DNA of 64,000 nucleotides. Origin: Phoronis australis. Lineage: Eukaryota; Animalia; Phoronida. Shown here one piece after another: positions 1 through 12,400 of this stretch. Within the stretch, counting starts at the first letter, position 1. Each line of letters starts with the position of its first letter. The stretch is from positions 202,434 through 266,433 of the forward strand of contig NMRA01000150.1 of assembly GCA_002633005.1 (NCBI GenBank), read 5' to 3'. The translations under genes were made by a program, and so were the position numbers. The notes below the pieces were generated by a model. It was not told the DNA's origin and made no database searches. It worked only from the letters and a program-made list of their open reading frames with translations.

Positions 1-1310
1 TTTGGCCTTCTAGATCCTACTAGTGCCTGGGACAAACAGATACATTGCATAAACAAACCCTGGATCATGTTTTGTGTCCCGTCGGAAGAAAATTTAAATT
101 CGAAAACATCTTCTGAAAACGCACAAAAAAGTGTATTAGTAAAATCTACTGATTTTTAAGTGGTTTTAAAAAACAATCGGTAAACTCACCGATTTTTGTC
201 TCATTACTTTGATACGTGTCTCTTCCGATAAGTTAGTACCTAACGTGCACACGAGCACTCCAAATTGGAACGCTAAGTCCCGCGTGGTTGCGTTGCACGC
301 GAAACAAGATGGCGGACGACCTTTGGAGCCTGACGACAATAGGTAACCGGACTATATATTTATACACCGGTGACCTAAAGTCGTGAATATAAGCATAATA
401 AGTGCCGATTGTCATACTACCCAATGTCCGTTAGCAACTGCTCATGTGATGTCATGGACATATGTCAGCCTTCACAAATATACGTGTTTTGACAATCTTA
501 ATCCTTGTGTAACGGGGGCGGTATCTACGACCAAGGCGCCCCGATTTTACGAGCCCGGTGCGGACTGAGGGTGATATTGAAAACTAAAAGTTGGTGAATA
601 ATACATAGGTTTATTGTATGAATATATAACTACAATATTCCACACTTACAAGCAATCCAGTTGTTCCATGATTTAGTATCGCAGCGTTGTGGTTGAACTA
701 GTCTGCTTGTAAACCACTTTCCACTATTTTCTTGGCCTTTTTCTGTGTGGTTTTCTGTTCTTTCAAAAGGCGGCAGCATATGACAACCATAGAAGTCATT
801 ATAAAATGGCTGCCGAAAAGCAATGCACAGTTGAACAACTCGGCATAAGTAAAAGAAAACGTTTGAATCAACGAATGTTATATATTTGTGAGAGTTAAAT
901 CAAATCCTATTCAGATCATAACTTTGAAGTGGAATGATTGGGTGAGTACGACAACAAGACGGTTTTATGCTTAGGCGGACGACCATTGGGTTCCCTAGTA
1001 TACATGTTTGCTTCTTGAACTCTGCGACTGGACTCCTCGTGTCTGACAGAGACAAAGCTTAAGTACACAATTTCAACCAATCAGACACGATCTGACGGGC
1101 AAGGCCCATAGCTCCTAGCTTCTGACCATATTTGGCCATGTCCAAAGGACTTAACATCATAGGAAAATTCCATACGTAATACACTGCTTGACCACTAGAG
1201 GGCGCATATATCTTACTTACATAATCATGTCCAGGGCACTCCTGTTACACTTGTTTGTCTCCGTAAGCAGAGTTTTGAAACGGTCGCTGATATCGGCGGC
1301 CATTTTGAAT

Positions 1311-1905
1311 GAGGCCCTAAAGTCGTGACCGTTTCGGTTAGACGGAAATACACGAAGTAAGACCTCACAAGTCAACTACAGTGCGTACAATTACTCTAGA
1401 TGACATAAAAATGCATTGCATTGTTTATTAATTCAGTTTCAATTGAAATAAATTGTTATAAGTTTTGCACCCAACTTTGATGTGCACAGACGTTTTCAAT
1501 GAGGTTGTTCACGTAAAACGCTAAGAACCCAGCATCAATTATCGCTCTTTATTTTATTGTTTTGGCCTTACAAAACTTGATCAACCCTGGGACATTTTGA
1601 TACATTGTTCAAGCTACCCCTGGAGCGCGTGTTTGAGTAAATTTGAACGATAAATATTTTCGAAAATATATCCCAAAAATGCCCAAAAAAGTGAATTAGT
1701 GAAATATGCTGTTTTTAAGATACATTTGAAAAAAGAAGCCACTCACTGTTTGTTATCATATTGTGAATACGAACACGTCCGGGTATTCGTTTGACGTTCG
1801 TAAGCAGACGAACGCTGGAAACTTCAACGCCAGATGTCGCAGGACCGCGCAGAAGAGGAAATAAGATCGTTCACGACTTTAGGGCACTCACGACTTTAGG
1901 GCCTC
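1311..1905. mobile_element. MITE with 18-bp TIRs; a diverged second copy occupies about 1-345
   Basis: gaggccctaaagtcgtga (1311) and tcacgactttagggcctc (1888-1905) are perfect inverted repeats; 1561-1895 aligns by eye with 1-340. Confidence 0.7.
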
Positions 1906-2962
1906 TGACGGTAATTGAAAATACTACAGATTGTTGTAAATTCTTTGCTGAAATAAAGACTTACGTTTACGGAATTGTTTCTATATCTTGTCACCGAAAG
2001 CCATATTTATTTTCCGAATGATTTTTAAAAAACACAACTAGCAAACCTTCGGAGAACCTAAATATCGGACACTATGTTTCCCTATACGCCACATCGCGGA
2101 AAACTGACTAACCACGTAATGGCCGCAGGCACCTTGTAGCCAGATTTCAGCTCGAGTGTTTTGACATAATGCTGCTAGAACAAAGGTCCATTCGCAACAA
2201 AAGTATCCAAATCTGATGACAGCGCCAAGTCGTTTTGATGAATTAGTGCAGACGACTAAAGCATGTGCAAACTCACGTCTGCAGTTTTTAGTATCTCTTT
2301 GCCTTCTTGATATGACACCCGCATGTGCGCGGTCGGGGGTTTGACTTGAGTTTAAAAACAAATGAAAACCAGGAGCAGTGACATATTGTCAGTTCAATGA
2401 GATGATTTCATTGAGGAAAAAGATTTTGTTTTCAACTTTTATAACCGATTTTAGGCCGACTTGGGTGTCGAAATTGCATCTCCTTTCGATGAAATCAAAA
2501 CGAGGCAACGCTGGAAAAATGAGACGGTGCCGGGCATTGAATGCATTACAGCGGAACAAAAATTGGTGTCTTTTAATTCTAAGATTATGCTTCAAGTAAG
2601 ATTTTATGAAATGTCTGATATTTAGGGTCCGTCTGATAATTTGGTACACTATATATAGGCACTGTTGGAGACAGGGCTCATAAGGTCTCACTGCAATACT
2701 AAGTATGCAGCTTTGCGCCGATGTTGGGTAAAAAATGGATAAATAAAATCTGACACAAAATTAGTGTCATTAAAAACTACACTCTTCCTTGAACAAAATA
2801 AAATATTAACCAGTGTTGGAAAACTTGGCGTTGCACCATTATTTTGCTGCTAAAGTTCACAGTGGAACGATCTTTTGCGACAGCTTTTGGCGCCATGACA
2901 CACTGCGTCACTTTTTGGCCAGTATCTTTTTTCGCCAATTCTTCAATCAACTGTTTTTCTTC

Positions 2963-3551
2963 CTCAAGGTTGCATACATGTCACATCAAATTATTAGAAC
3001 TAGTTTCATTTTGTTATAAGTTGTAGTATTTTAGTACTAGCATACCGAATTTCAGAACAAACTTTGCTGCTGCAAAGCTGCCATCATCTCCTGGGAGATG
3101 TCGCAATGAATTGGCGCATGTGCATGTCACGAGCGTACTGTTTTCAAAATGGCATCAGACTTTTCTTTGTTACAAAAGGCAGAGAGTTCTACAATTTAAG
3201 AAAATGACGGCGATTAGATTGTTTTTCACTTAAACGGCTGTAACGGGCAAATTAAGAGTCTTTTGACTCCCAAATTTTGCATGCACCCCTGCCGGTCATT
3301 ACCTCTACATGTTGATATAAGTTTCACGACGAGGTGACGAGCAGAATTACCCGGGCTGTGTGAAATTTCGGGTCTAACTGAGCTCAACACACAGTAGTAC
3401 CTAGCTGTATTTTTTTTCAGAGATGGGTAAATTCATGTAAAGGGGTTCACTGACAGTGATGTCAAAAACATAATTTATGCCTGTTTCTGAGGCTTTTAAG
3501 CAGTGAACAGTTTTATTATAAAGTTAATATATTGAAGAGATAGCAGAAATG
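2963..3551. repeat. Interspersed repeat copy, inverted relative to 8337-9030 and interrupted by the Academ element
   Basis: 2975-3420 is the diverged reverse complement of 8630-9025, e.g. gagctcaacacacagtagtacctagctgtattt vs aaatacagctaggtacc...actgtgtgttgagctc. Confidence 0.7.
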
Positions 3552-6500
3552 TAGTCGGTGGGCCAGATTTTGTAGGGCCTCTAGAAAATGGTTTTTGTGA
3601 GTACTTTAGGGGGGCAATTTTATTTTGGTGTTTTTTAGTTCATTTATTAGAGTGTTTTCAAAATCTAAAAAGTTCCCACATATAAAGTTGCACATTTTTG
3701 AGAAATTTGAGTTTGATGTTACCTAATAATCACCAAAGAGCTTAGTAAACTTATATTTGTAAAAACAACAGTTTTGGTGACTTTTTTGTAAAACAAGTAA
3801 TATGGTCCCATCAGTGCCATTGTATTGAACAATATTACACTCACATTACATGTTTTACTATTGTAAATTAATTGTAAACAGTGAAATTTAAAAAACGTAA
3901 AGAGACACCTAGTGGCAAAAATACAAACTAAGTCTGAATGTTTCTAGGAAGTTATTCTGGCATTGTCAGGCAACAAAAATAACACAAAACACTTGAGACT
4001 GGGCAAAATTTGTGCCTCAATGACTAAAACATTGACTAATGGTGTAAAATACAGCTTGTTTGCATAATACACCAGAAATATGTTATAGTACAAAAACAAT
4101 ATAGTTGAATGATCTCTGTGAATGTGCACAAAGACTGTATTAAAATAGATTATTCTGACAGCGTTTATTAAGCAGTATGAGACAAATACATGACAATGAT
4201 CAAAGTATGTACTTTCTATGACTTAATCAACAAATAAAATTAACTTTTTAATACAAAAAAGGAAATAACGGGGTTGGAGGTCTATTTAGGGTTGGCCTGT
4301 CAAAGAACTATCCAATGTTATGCAGTCAGTGTTGCTGATGTTACTACAGTTGTCACAGCTGCACATTTCTGTACAGTTTGACCCAGCATTGCAGCACAAA
4401 CTCAGTTTCCCAGCACACATGTTCTTCTTGCACTTGCAGCGTTCATCGTTTAGTACTGTCAATGGAGATGCGGTCATTGCCATACATATTAACTGCAAAG
4501 CTCCACCGCCAAGGAGCCAACTATGGTCGATTAGAGAGGGTACAGCACTGCACACTGGTGATTAGCCCGCAGGCAATGAAGGGTCAAACACTAAGTCCTT
4601 GTTTGGAGGCGGGCACTATTTGGGCAAACGTTTGATTCAAAATATGTTACAATGGGCTGTGTTAATTAGAGTCAGCAAGTGAATTATTGAACACTAGCCT
4701 CAATTCACTTTCGTATCTCTTAGTCAGGCACAAACTACAACAGTGAGTAGCTTCAACAATATTTCTTAAGATTGCCTGTCCAAATAACTTCATGCACACC
4801 AGCTTTCTGAAGAACAGCTTCAAAGTCTTGCTTTATTTTTGAAAGGCAAATGACATCTCCATGTGCTAGAAGCTTTGATTCAATGAACTCCAAACAAAAC
4901 TGTAGAAAAACATCTCTGAAAACTGGGGATTCGTCACTCTCCACAATCTTTGTCTTTCTCTTTTTTACAGCATGATGATCTGTGGTACTTGGCTTCTAAG
5001 ACACAAGGTCTTTATCTTTGAATTTCATTTGCATATTCAGGGCTCTGGACTGAGCTGTTGCTTGCGATACAAGTCCAACTGAAAAAAACCCGAACTGTTA
5101 ACACTAATTTAACATTCAACTATGAGTGAGTTGGCATGCAACTTTTTCAGACGGACGTATCAGGAGCTGATCCACCACCAGCCTAACAAATTTACATGCC
5201 GTTTGACCTGTAGCCTAATAATGTTGATCGTCTAATAATTAGATCAGTAGATGCAGCTGAAAATAAATCAGCTGATATACCTGTGCAGTGATTGAAATTT
5301 AATTTTTTTAAATCAGATGCTCAAACCATAGTCAATCGATTTACACTTAAGGTAATCGACGTTTGACGAAATGGACAGTGGCTTCCATCGTCCTCAAATT
5401 TCGACGGCGACGATGGCCACTTAGGCACTTTAATTTAATTATCATTGCAGCTGCTACCTAAGTAATTAATGTTTACAAAAAATTGAGACTACGGCAGGGG
5501 ATGACGGCCACTTGGGCATGTTGTTTGGAACTATCTACTCCATTTAACCTTCTCAAAAATTTTAGACTTAAAGTGCTTTAAAATCACACCCACAGTATAA
5601 CGCCATAGGATTATCCCTTAGCGCAAGCAGTGTCGATGTGGCAACTGAATGGAGTGTTCGAAAAACAGGATTGCAGGAGTATTTGTTTAAACTGGGAACA
5701 AATGAAAACATTAACGACCTCCTCAGAGGCATCTCTCTACGCGGTACTTCTAAACTTATAGGAACATAATTTGCCGAAAAGTATCCGGCATATGAAGTAC
5801 CTATAGTATGATCATCGTCTCTACTGGGTCAGCAGTATTGTCTAAGGCCTAGGCAGTCAAGGGGCTGAACAAGTTAAAAAACAACTGGTGATAATACTGA
5901 ATCACACGTGGAAAACACCAAAATGTATTTTTAAAAAACACGTACCTGTTTTTGAAAGCTATACTTCTTTCTCTTTCTTGAAATGTGGCCCATAATGTAC
6001 TTTTCCTGCTAACAAATGATGCACTCATGTTTCAGAATGTTCCTATCTTGTTCAGGTTAATTGGGTGTTTCAGATTTTGGAAGTGATTGATTTTCTTGGG
6101 AAATCTTGGATAACATCTGTATCACTTTCAGCAACTTCAGCTTTAGTACTACTGTTGGTGCCTTGAAACGTTGCTATGCCGTTCTATGTCCTTTCAATTT
6201 TCTGGTCTGACACTTGGTATTCTAGTCTATAGCACTCAGCAGTATACTGTGTAGGCTACCAGGGCATGCAGCTGTTTTCTGCACAAACGTTTGTGACACC
6301 TCTTCTTCTTTTTGATCTACTGATCTACAGAGTTCCACAGTCAATCAGCTTTCGTCAGGAAGCTTTCCTAAGCTTCTTTAGGCTCTGACATCACAATTTT
6401 GTGCTGTTTGATAAACCTTGAATTATACAGACATCACATTCCATGGGAGCAGCCATATTGAAGTAACTAAGCACAACAATACAATCTGGCTCTCTGATTG

Positions 6501-6704
6501 GTCAATTCACTAGAAAAGCGACATCAAGTGGCAGGAATGTGCATCATATTTTGTGCAACAAAAACACCTTTTTTTTAAAAAAATGTGCAAGTGTAGACGT
6601 GGGAACTTTTTGGAATTTGATTTATAGGTATATTATCTAGCCACATAGAAAAAACTAGGTTGCCCCCCCAAAGTACTCACAAGGATGAACTGGCCCACCG
6701 ACTA
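3552..6704 (-). mobile_element. Academ-type DNA transposon, internally deleted and decayed
   Basis: 15-bp perfect TIRs tagtcggtgggccag / ctggcccaccgacta with longer imperfect subterminal inverted similarity; TAG...CTA termini; near-3-bp TSD (atg/gtg); relic ORF with DLVxxEAKYHR and a C-terminal Cys-rich finger CKCKKNMCAGKLSLCCNAGSNCTEMCSCDNCSN. Confidence 0.75.
4286..6440 (-). pseudogene. Disrupted Academ-like transposase ORF (N-terminal part plus C-terminal Cys8/CXC finger; central domains missing)
   Basis: Fragments with stops and frameshifts: HECIIC, KDKDLVS.EAKYHR, ORF 4753-4944, and ORF 4286-4555 with the Cys cluster. Confidence 0.65.
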
Positions 6705-7736
6705 GTGGTTTCATGTGGTAATCTTTCAAAGTTTTTACAGAATTCATAGTTTGATCTCAAAATCGAGCAAATTTTCAGACTCGGAAGTGTAACATTCGTA
6801 ACCGGCGAAGTTAAAATCCTTACATAAGGCTGCAATTCTTGTTGTTTTAAATCTTTAATGGAATGAATAAAATAGCCAATGGTCATTGCAGGACTGAGGT
6901 CTTTCCATGACATCTATAATTAACCAAATTAAGTACTTACAAATGCGGTAACGGGTGTGACTCATTCCGTCAAACCCTAGGACGAACTTCAAACAGATGA
7001 TTTCCCATATTGCTGACGACCGGTTACTTCAAACTGGTTGTCAAAAGCAACTTCTAGCAACACCCGAAATGCCTAGACCATTTAGTTTGAAGCGCATTGA
7101 TTTTGTTCAACAAATGGTGGGCAATTCTGTGAAAACGTCAACCTCGAGACAAAAATTTAAAATTGTGGCTGCACTAACATTTCTCATCTCTTCTGAAAGC
7201 CCATTCTCTGTAGTTTCAGGACCCATATTTGACTGTCCTATAACTTAATTTTTGCCTAAATGGACCCATTTTTGTGGTCACTTGACCCTAAAAAAGCTTG
7301 CTTTTTATGTGTGTTGCTTATTATTGTCATAAAAAAGCTAATTATGGGTTTTTCACTATACTGTTAAATTTGTACAATCACATGAACTACAAACTTTATA
7401 AAAAATAACATTTCAACTTTGGCACATCATTGACCTCTTGGGGTCATAGGTCAACTCCTGGATATCATGGTGCCTTACGTTCATCACAAAAAAGTGTTAA
7501 AAAGTTTAGTTACGTTGAAGGGTTGAAAATTATTAATCAAAAGTAAAATAATTTCATATTCTCTTTTAACTTGTTACTCAATACTATTGACCAAAATTTT
7601 GGATCCCATTGATTATTCGTTTAGTCAAAAATTGCGTGACAGACGTACAGCAAATTTGTTCGTTGCTCATGTCCATCCGTCGCATCCGTGAAATTGCAAT
7701 TTTTCAGCCAATAAAAACAACCTTAGGTCATACTTT

Positions 7737-8274
7737 ACTTTCTTACCTTGCATAAGATAAAATGTATCTCACACCTAAGAATCTTAAAACGTTAAAGTAT
7801 TACAAAGGCAGTATGTTTACTGTCTTAACTTGCATAAGATAAAATGTATCTCACACCTAAGAACCTTAAAACGTTAAAGTATTACAAAGGCAGTATGTTT
7901 ACTTTCTTAACTTGCATAAAATAAAATGTATCTCACACCTAAGAACCTTAAAACGTTAAAGTATTACAAAGGCAGTATGTTTACTTTCTTAACTTTGCAT
8001 AAGATAAAATGTATCTCACACCTAAGAACCTTAAAACGTTAAAGTATTACAAAGGCAGTATGTTTACTTTCTTAACTTTGCATAAGATAAAATGTATCTC
8101 ACACCTAAGAACCTTAAAACGTTAAAGTATTACAAAGGCAGTATATTTACTTTCTTAACTTTGCATAAGATAAAATGTATCTCACACCTAAAAACCTTAA
8201 AACGTTAAAGTATTACAAAGGCAGTATGTTTACTTTCTTAACTTTGCATAAGATGAAATGTATCTCACACCTAA
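7737..8274. repeat. Minisatellite, 82-83 bp unit x about 6.5
   Basis: tactttcttaactttgcataagataaaatgtatctcacacctaagaaccttaaaacgttaaagtattacaaaggcagtatgtt repeated almost identically. Confidence 0.97.
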
Positions 8275-8336
8275 ATCAAACCTTGAAAAGAGGCCTGAAC
8301 TACCTGTTTCAGCATTTTAATATGAAATTTGAAAGT

Positions 8337-9030
8337 GTAAAGGTTGGTTACTGGCATCCACATATTCCTAAATAGTGCACAGTATTTTTCTTTTTTACTT
8401 TGAAAAGTAAAAATTTATTAGTTCCATAAAGTCCCACTGCAAGCGCTGTTTTTTGTGACGTCACTGAGGCTGTACAGCACAAAGAGATATAGGTCATTAG
8501 CCTTGGGAGTATGTAGTCCAGTCGACAGATCAACATGTGCATACTCACAAATTTTTTCATATTTCTTTCCTGAGATGTTGATTCATCCAGGGGCCTAGCC
8601 AGCCGGCTAGCTGTATGAAGACTATCTTCAAAATACAGCTAGGTACCAGTAGCACTGTGTGTTGAGCTCTGTTAGACCCGGGTAGTTCTGCTCGTCACCT
8701 TGTCGCGAAACTTATATCAACATGTAGGCCGGCAGGGTAGCGTGCAAGTCTCTGGGTGTCGACCGACTCTCACCTTGCCTGCTGGGGCCATTTAAGTGAA
8801 AAACAATCTAGTAAACAGTATATTATCTCATAATTCTCAGCCTTTTGTAACAAAGAAAATGGTACGCTCAACACGCGCTATTTCCTAAAATTTTGCGACA
8901 TCTGTCGGGAAATGATGACAGCTTCGCAGGAGCAGAATTTTTCATGAAATTCAGTTTCCTGGTTTTAAAATACTAAAAACTGTAAGGAAATGAAATCAGC
9001 CCTAAGAAATTTTTGTGACATGTACACAAG
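8337..9030. repeat. Interspersed repeat copy (partner of 2963-3551; a short piece recurs near 54280-54322)
   Basis: Inverted similarity to 2975-3420; agctgtatgaagactatct recurs at about 54296. Confidence 0.7.
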
Positions 9031-9306
9031 TTAGATCGCTTGTTATACTTGGAAGAAGAATAACTCGGGGAACAGATTTCGTCCATTGAAAATATATGGA
9101 GTTGGCTGTCCATGTACTATGGTCTATTCTTACACAGATTAGATATGTTTGGCATAAGAACTAACACGTCGTTATGGCATTCCTGTCGCTGCAAATAAGC
9201 CAAACTTGTCACGGCAATATTCAAACTCAACATAGTCACGAGTCACAAAATAGTGTATGGAGAACACGACATATATTTTAATTTTATTGTTGTTGCCTGT
9301 TTTCAG

Positions 9307-9407
9307 GCGGCCGTGGTGGTAAGCGTAGTCATAAAGGAGAGCATCGACGATTTACTGGCTTTGAAGAATTAGCAGCGCAGTCAAAGGAAATTGAAAAAGA
9401 ACGCGAG
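9307..9407 (+). CDS. PDAP1: PDAP1 coding exon (first found, phase-1 start)
   Basis: tttcag|GC...GAG|gtagta; encodes [34 protein letters not shown], similar to the PDAP1 N-terminus. Confidence 0.88.
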
Positions 9408-12400
9408 GTAGTAATGGCTTTGAAATTATCAAGCTGTAAACCTTTTTACAGTTTAAAATTTGTGAAATTTTCATCATACAGGCCACCTGTTAGCTCTGTT
9501 TGTATTGTTTGGTTTCACAGTCCGGCAATACATTGTGGTGTTATGTATTCGCCAAGCTGTAAAGTATATTACAAATTGAATATACACAGATTGAAACAAA
9601 ATTTAGCCTGGCACAAATTAACGTGTTAGTGTCAGACAGTGTAAGATATGCCCAGTTATCTTGTTATGTGTCACCTATCCAGTTGCAGGACTTAATCATG
9701 GCTGAGTGATTCAGCCCAGTAGCTCCTGAATTGCTAGATGTGTTAGGACATTTTTGTATCATAGCATGCATGAAGATCATGTTTTTTGGTTGAGCACTTC
9801 ACTGTTGCTGCAATGTTTGTGTAGTTTGTGTAAAGATGCTATTTCTCATTGACCATGAATATTTAAATTTGTAGGAAGCGCCACCTTGTGACTTCTTGGA
9901 GAACTGTGTGTACAAGTTTGATCAGGGCCTTGTCTTTTTACTCGAAATGGAACTCGCCATTATATTTGACATTTTCTACGAACTGTACTTTTGTGTGAAC
10001 TCAAGATAAATGTCTTTTATTCTATGCTCGAGTACATAATGACTTACATGGATGCTTTATTAGTCCTAGTTTGCAGTTGATAAACCCAACATTAAGGCTA
10101 AAAGTTCGAGTTTGAACTCGAAATTTCAAATTTTCACTCAAATTTGTAGCTCGAATATAAGGGTCTTCAAGTGCAAACTTGGACTAGAAACTCGTATGCA
10201 TAAACTATAAAGTATTTGAGCACAGTTTGATAACAACTTATCTTGAGTTCGCACAAAAGGAGCAGAGAAATTGACAAAAGTAATTTCGAGTTCGTTTCGA
10301 GTACGGAGATTAGAGACCGGACCTTGGAAAAGAAACAATTTGAATAAAATGCGGTTTTAAAGAAAACGCCACAATTGATACACTTAAAAACAAGTGTGGA
10401 CATATAGAAAACCCTAGTAATTTGTTGTCTGATAGTGAAATGAACAAACAATAAAGACTGTGCCTTGTTTTATTATGCTAACATTGACATATTACCATTC
10501 TTGTTTACATAGTCTAGCAAAATGAGACCTTCACTAAATTGTAATGGTAACTGGTTCTCAGATGGTTTCTGGCACATTGGAAGACCCGGGGTTGTTTGTA
10601 AACTAGTACTTCTTTTGCGTATTCACAATTTAATGAGACAGCACTTTTAAACTGTGGCTGTCACTGGTCACCTTATGCTATGCCTGTTTGTGCTGTGTCA
10701 AAACTTTCATACGAACCAGGCTAACAATAAATAGCTTTCTTAGAACTCGCATTATATGAGAAGTTAGGCAAAATGAATCTTCACTTTTCTCCTGTAATGT
10801 GTCTTAAACTGAAGACTTGTTACCATATTCATTTTCTCCATGGTGATTGTTATTCATTTACATATAGCGTGGCTGGAATGAAAAGGAGGGTGAGGAAGGT
10901 GGCCAATACAGGGATACCAAAAAAGAGTCCGGCTCAGATTCAGACTCTTCATCTGATGAGGAAGAGGTACTGATGAATCATTAAGTTTGTTTTGTTTTGT
11001 TTTGGTTTGTTCATTAATTCACAAAATACTCTTTGGAGTATCAGATGTTTTCCCTGCATTGAAAAGGCTGCACAAGTGAATTGTATAGTAACTGCTTTAA
11101 AATTTTGTATTTAATGAACTTCTGGAGGTGGCAAGTCGTTACTTTGAAAGACAAATTGGTGGCGGTATAAAGCGTCTGGATGAATTGTGCAATTTTTTTC
11201 ACTGTAATGTTCAAATGAACAACGACATTATCCTCATCCCTTCTCCCAATTGCTGTAAAATCTCTAATATGGTGTTGTATCTGTAAAGGTGGGCCGCAAG
11301 GGTGTACAGGGCTTGATAGAAATAGAAAATCCTAATCGCGTCCAGAAAAAATCAAGTAGAAAAGTTACAGATTTGGAAAAGGAAGAGGATGTCAAGCCTG
11401 AATTGTCTAGGCGAGAAAGGTTTGTTTACATGGTGGTGTATGGGATATGGAGTCATATCTAGACATATGCAGTTTGTTCTTAATCGTACAACACTAGTGT
11501 TGAAAGGTTTGTTTACATGGTGGTGTATGGGATATGGAGTCATATCTAGACATATGGAGTCTGTTATTAATCGTACAACACTAGTGTTGAAAGGTTTGTT
11601 TACATGGTGGTGTATGGGATATGGAGTCATATCTAGACATATGGACTCTCTTCTTAATCGTACAACACTAGTGTTTCAGTTGTTGTGTGGATAAAATTGA
11701 GCTTGTGATTATGCAAGCAATCAATGAATGCAAAAAAATATGAATTGAAAATCAGAGAAGTGTTCGCTTTAAATCTTTGTTGTACTCAACACTGCAAATT
11801 AAGAAAGTTTTAGATTGATGATTGAAATTATGTTTATGAAGTTGCATTTCATGTTCTGAAGGCCTCAGTCACACTGACTCTAAAGTCAAGGACTGAAAGC
11901 CTCAGCTTTCCTTCCTCTTTAACAAAATCCTACACTGATGAAGGACATGTCCAAACTCGGTAATATGCATTAATATAAGGCCAAGCACTACATTGATGTG
12001 AAGCAATGAAGCTCCTAAAACAACAATAAAGTCAGTGAACAGTCCTCCGTGGATGTAGTACCAAGCAGGATTCTTCATGTAGTTTAGTTTTGTTGAAAAA
12101 CCTTTGATCATCGTACTCAAAGGTCACCAAATCATTTAATGTACAACTGCATTGCCTCCATGTAACCTTCTTACCAATTTGCTACTGTGAATCGAAGGAC
12201 TTCCCATAATGAGATGTTGAGGTTGACCAGCCCCACAGGTCTCCTTGTGACCTGTAAAATTTCTGTTGTTATGCCATCATAACACTGGCTATTAGAGATA
12301 CTAAACAGTTGCTTCTTGAACAGTCCTGCTGTCCCTTTGTTTATTGTCCCATGGTAAGTTGAAATGCTGGGCCATTGATGCTTTCTGCTTCCACTGCCAC

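Noticed and set aside
309-342. ATGGCGGAC...ATAG|gtaacc as PDAP1 exon 1 (the phase would fit)
   Set aside because: It aligns with the end of the MITE copy at 1855-1895, and MADDLWSLTTI does not resemble the usual PDAP1 MP(K/R)G start.
11352-11694. Repeat ORFs of 92 and 101 aa
   Set aside because: By-product of the 87-bp repeat; the real PDAP1 frame is different.
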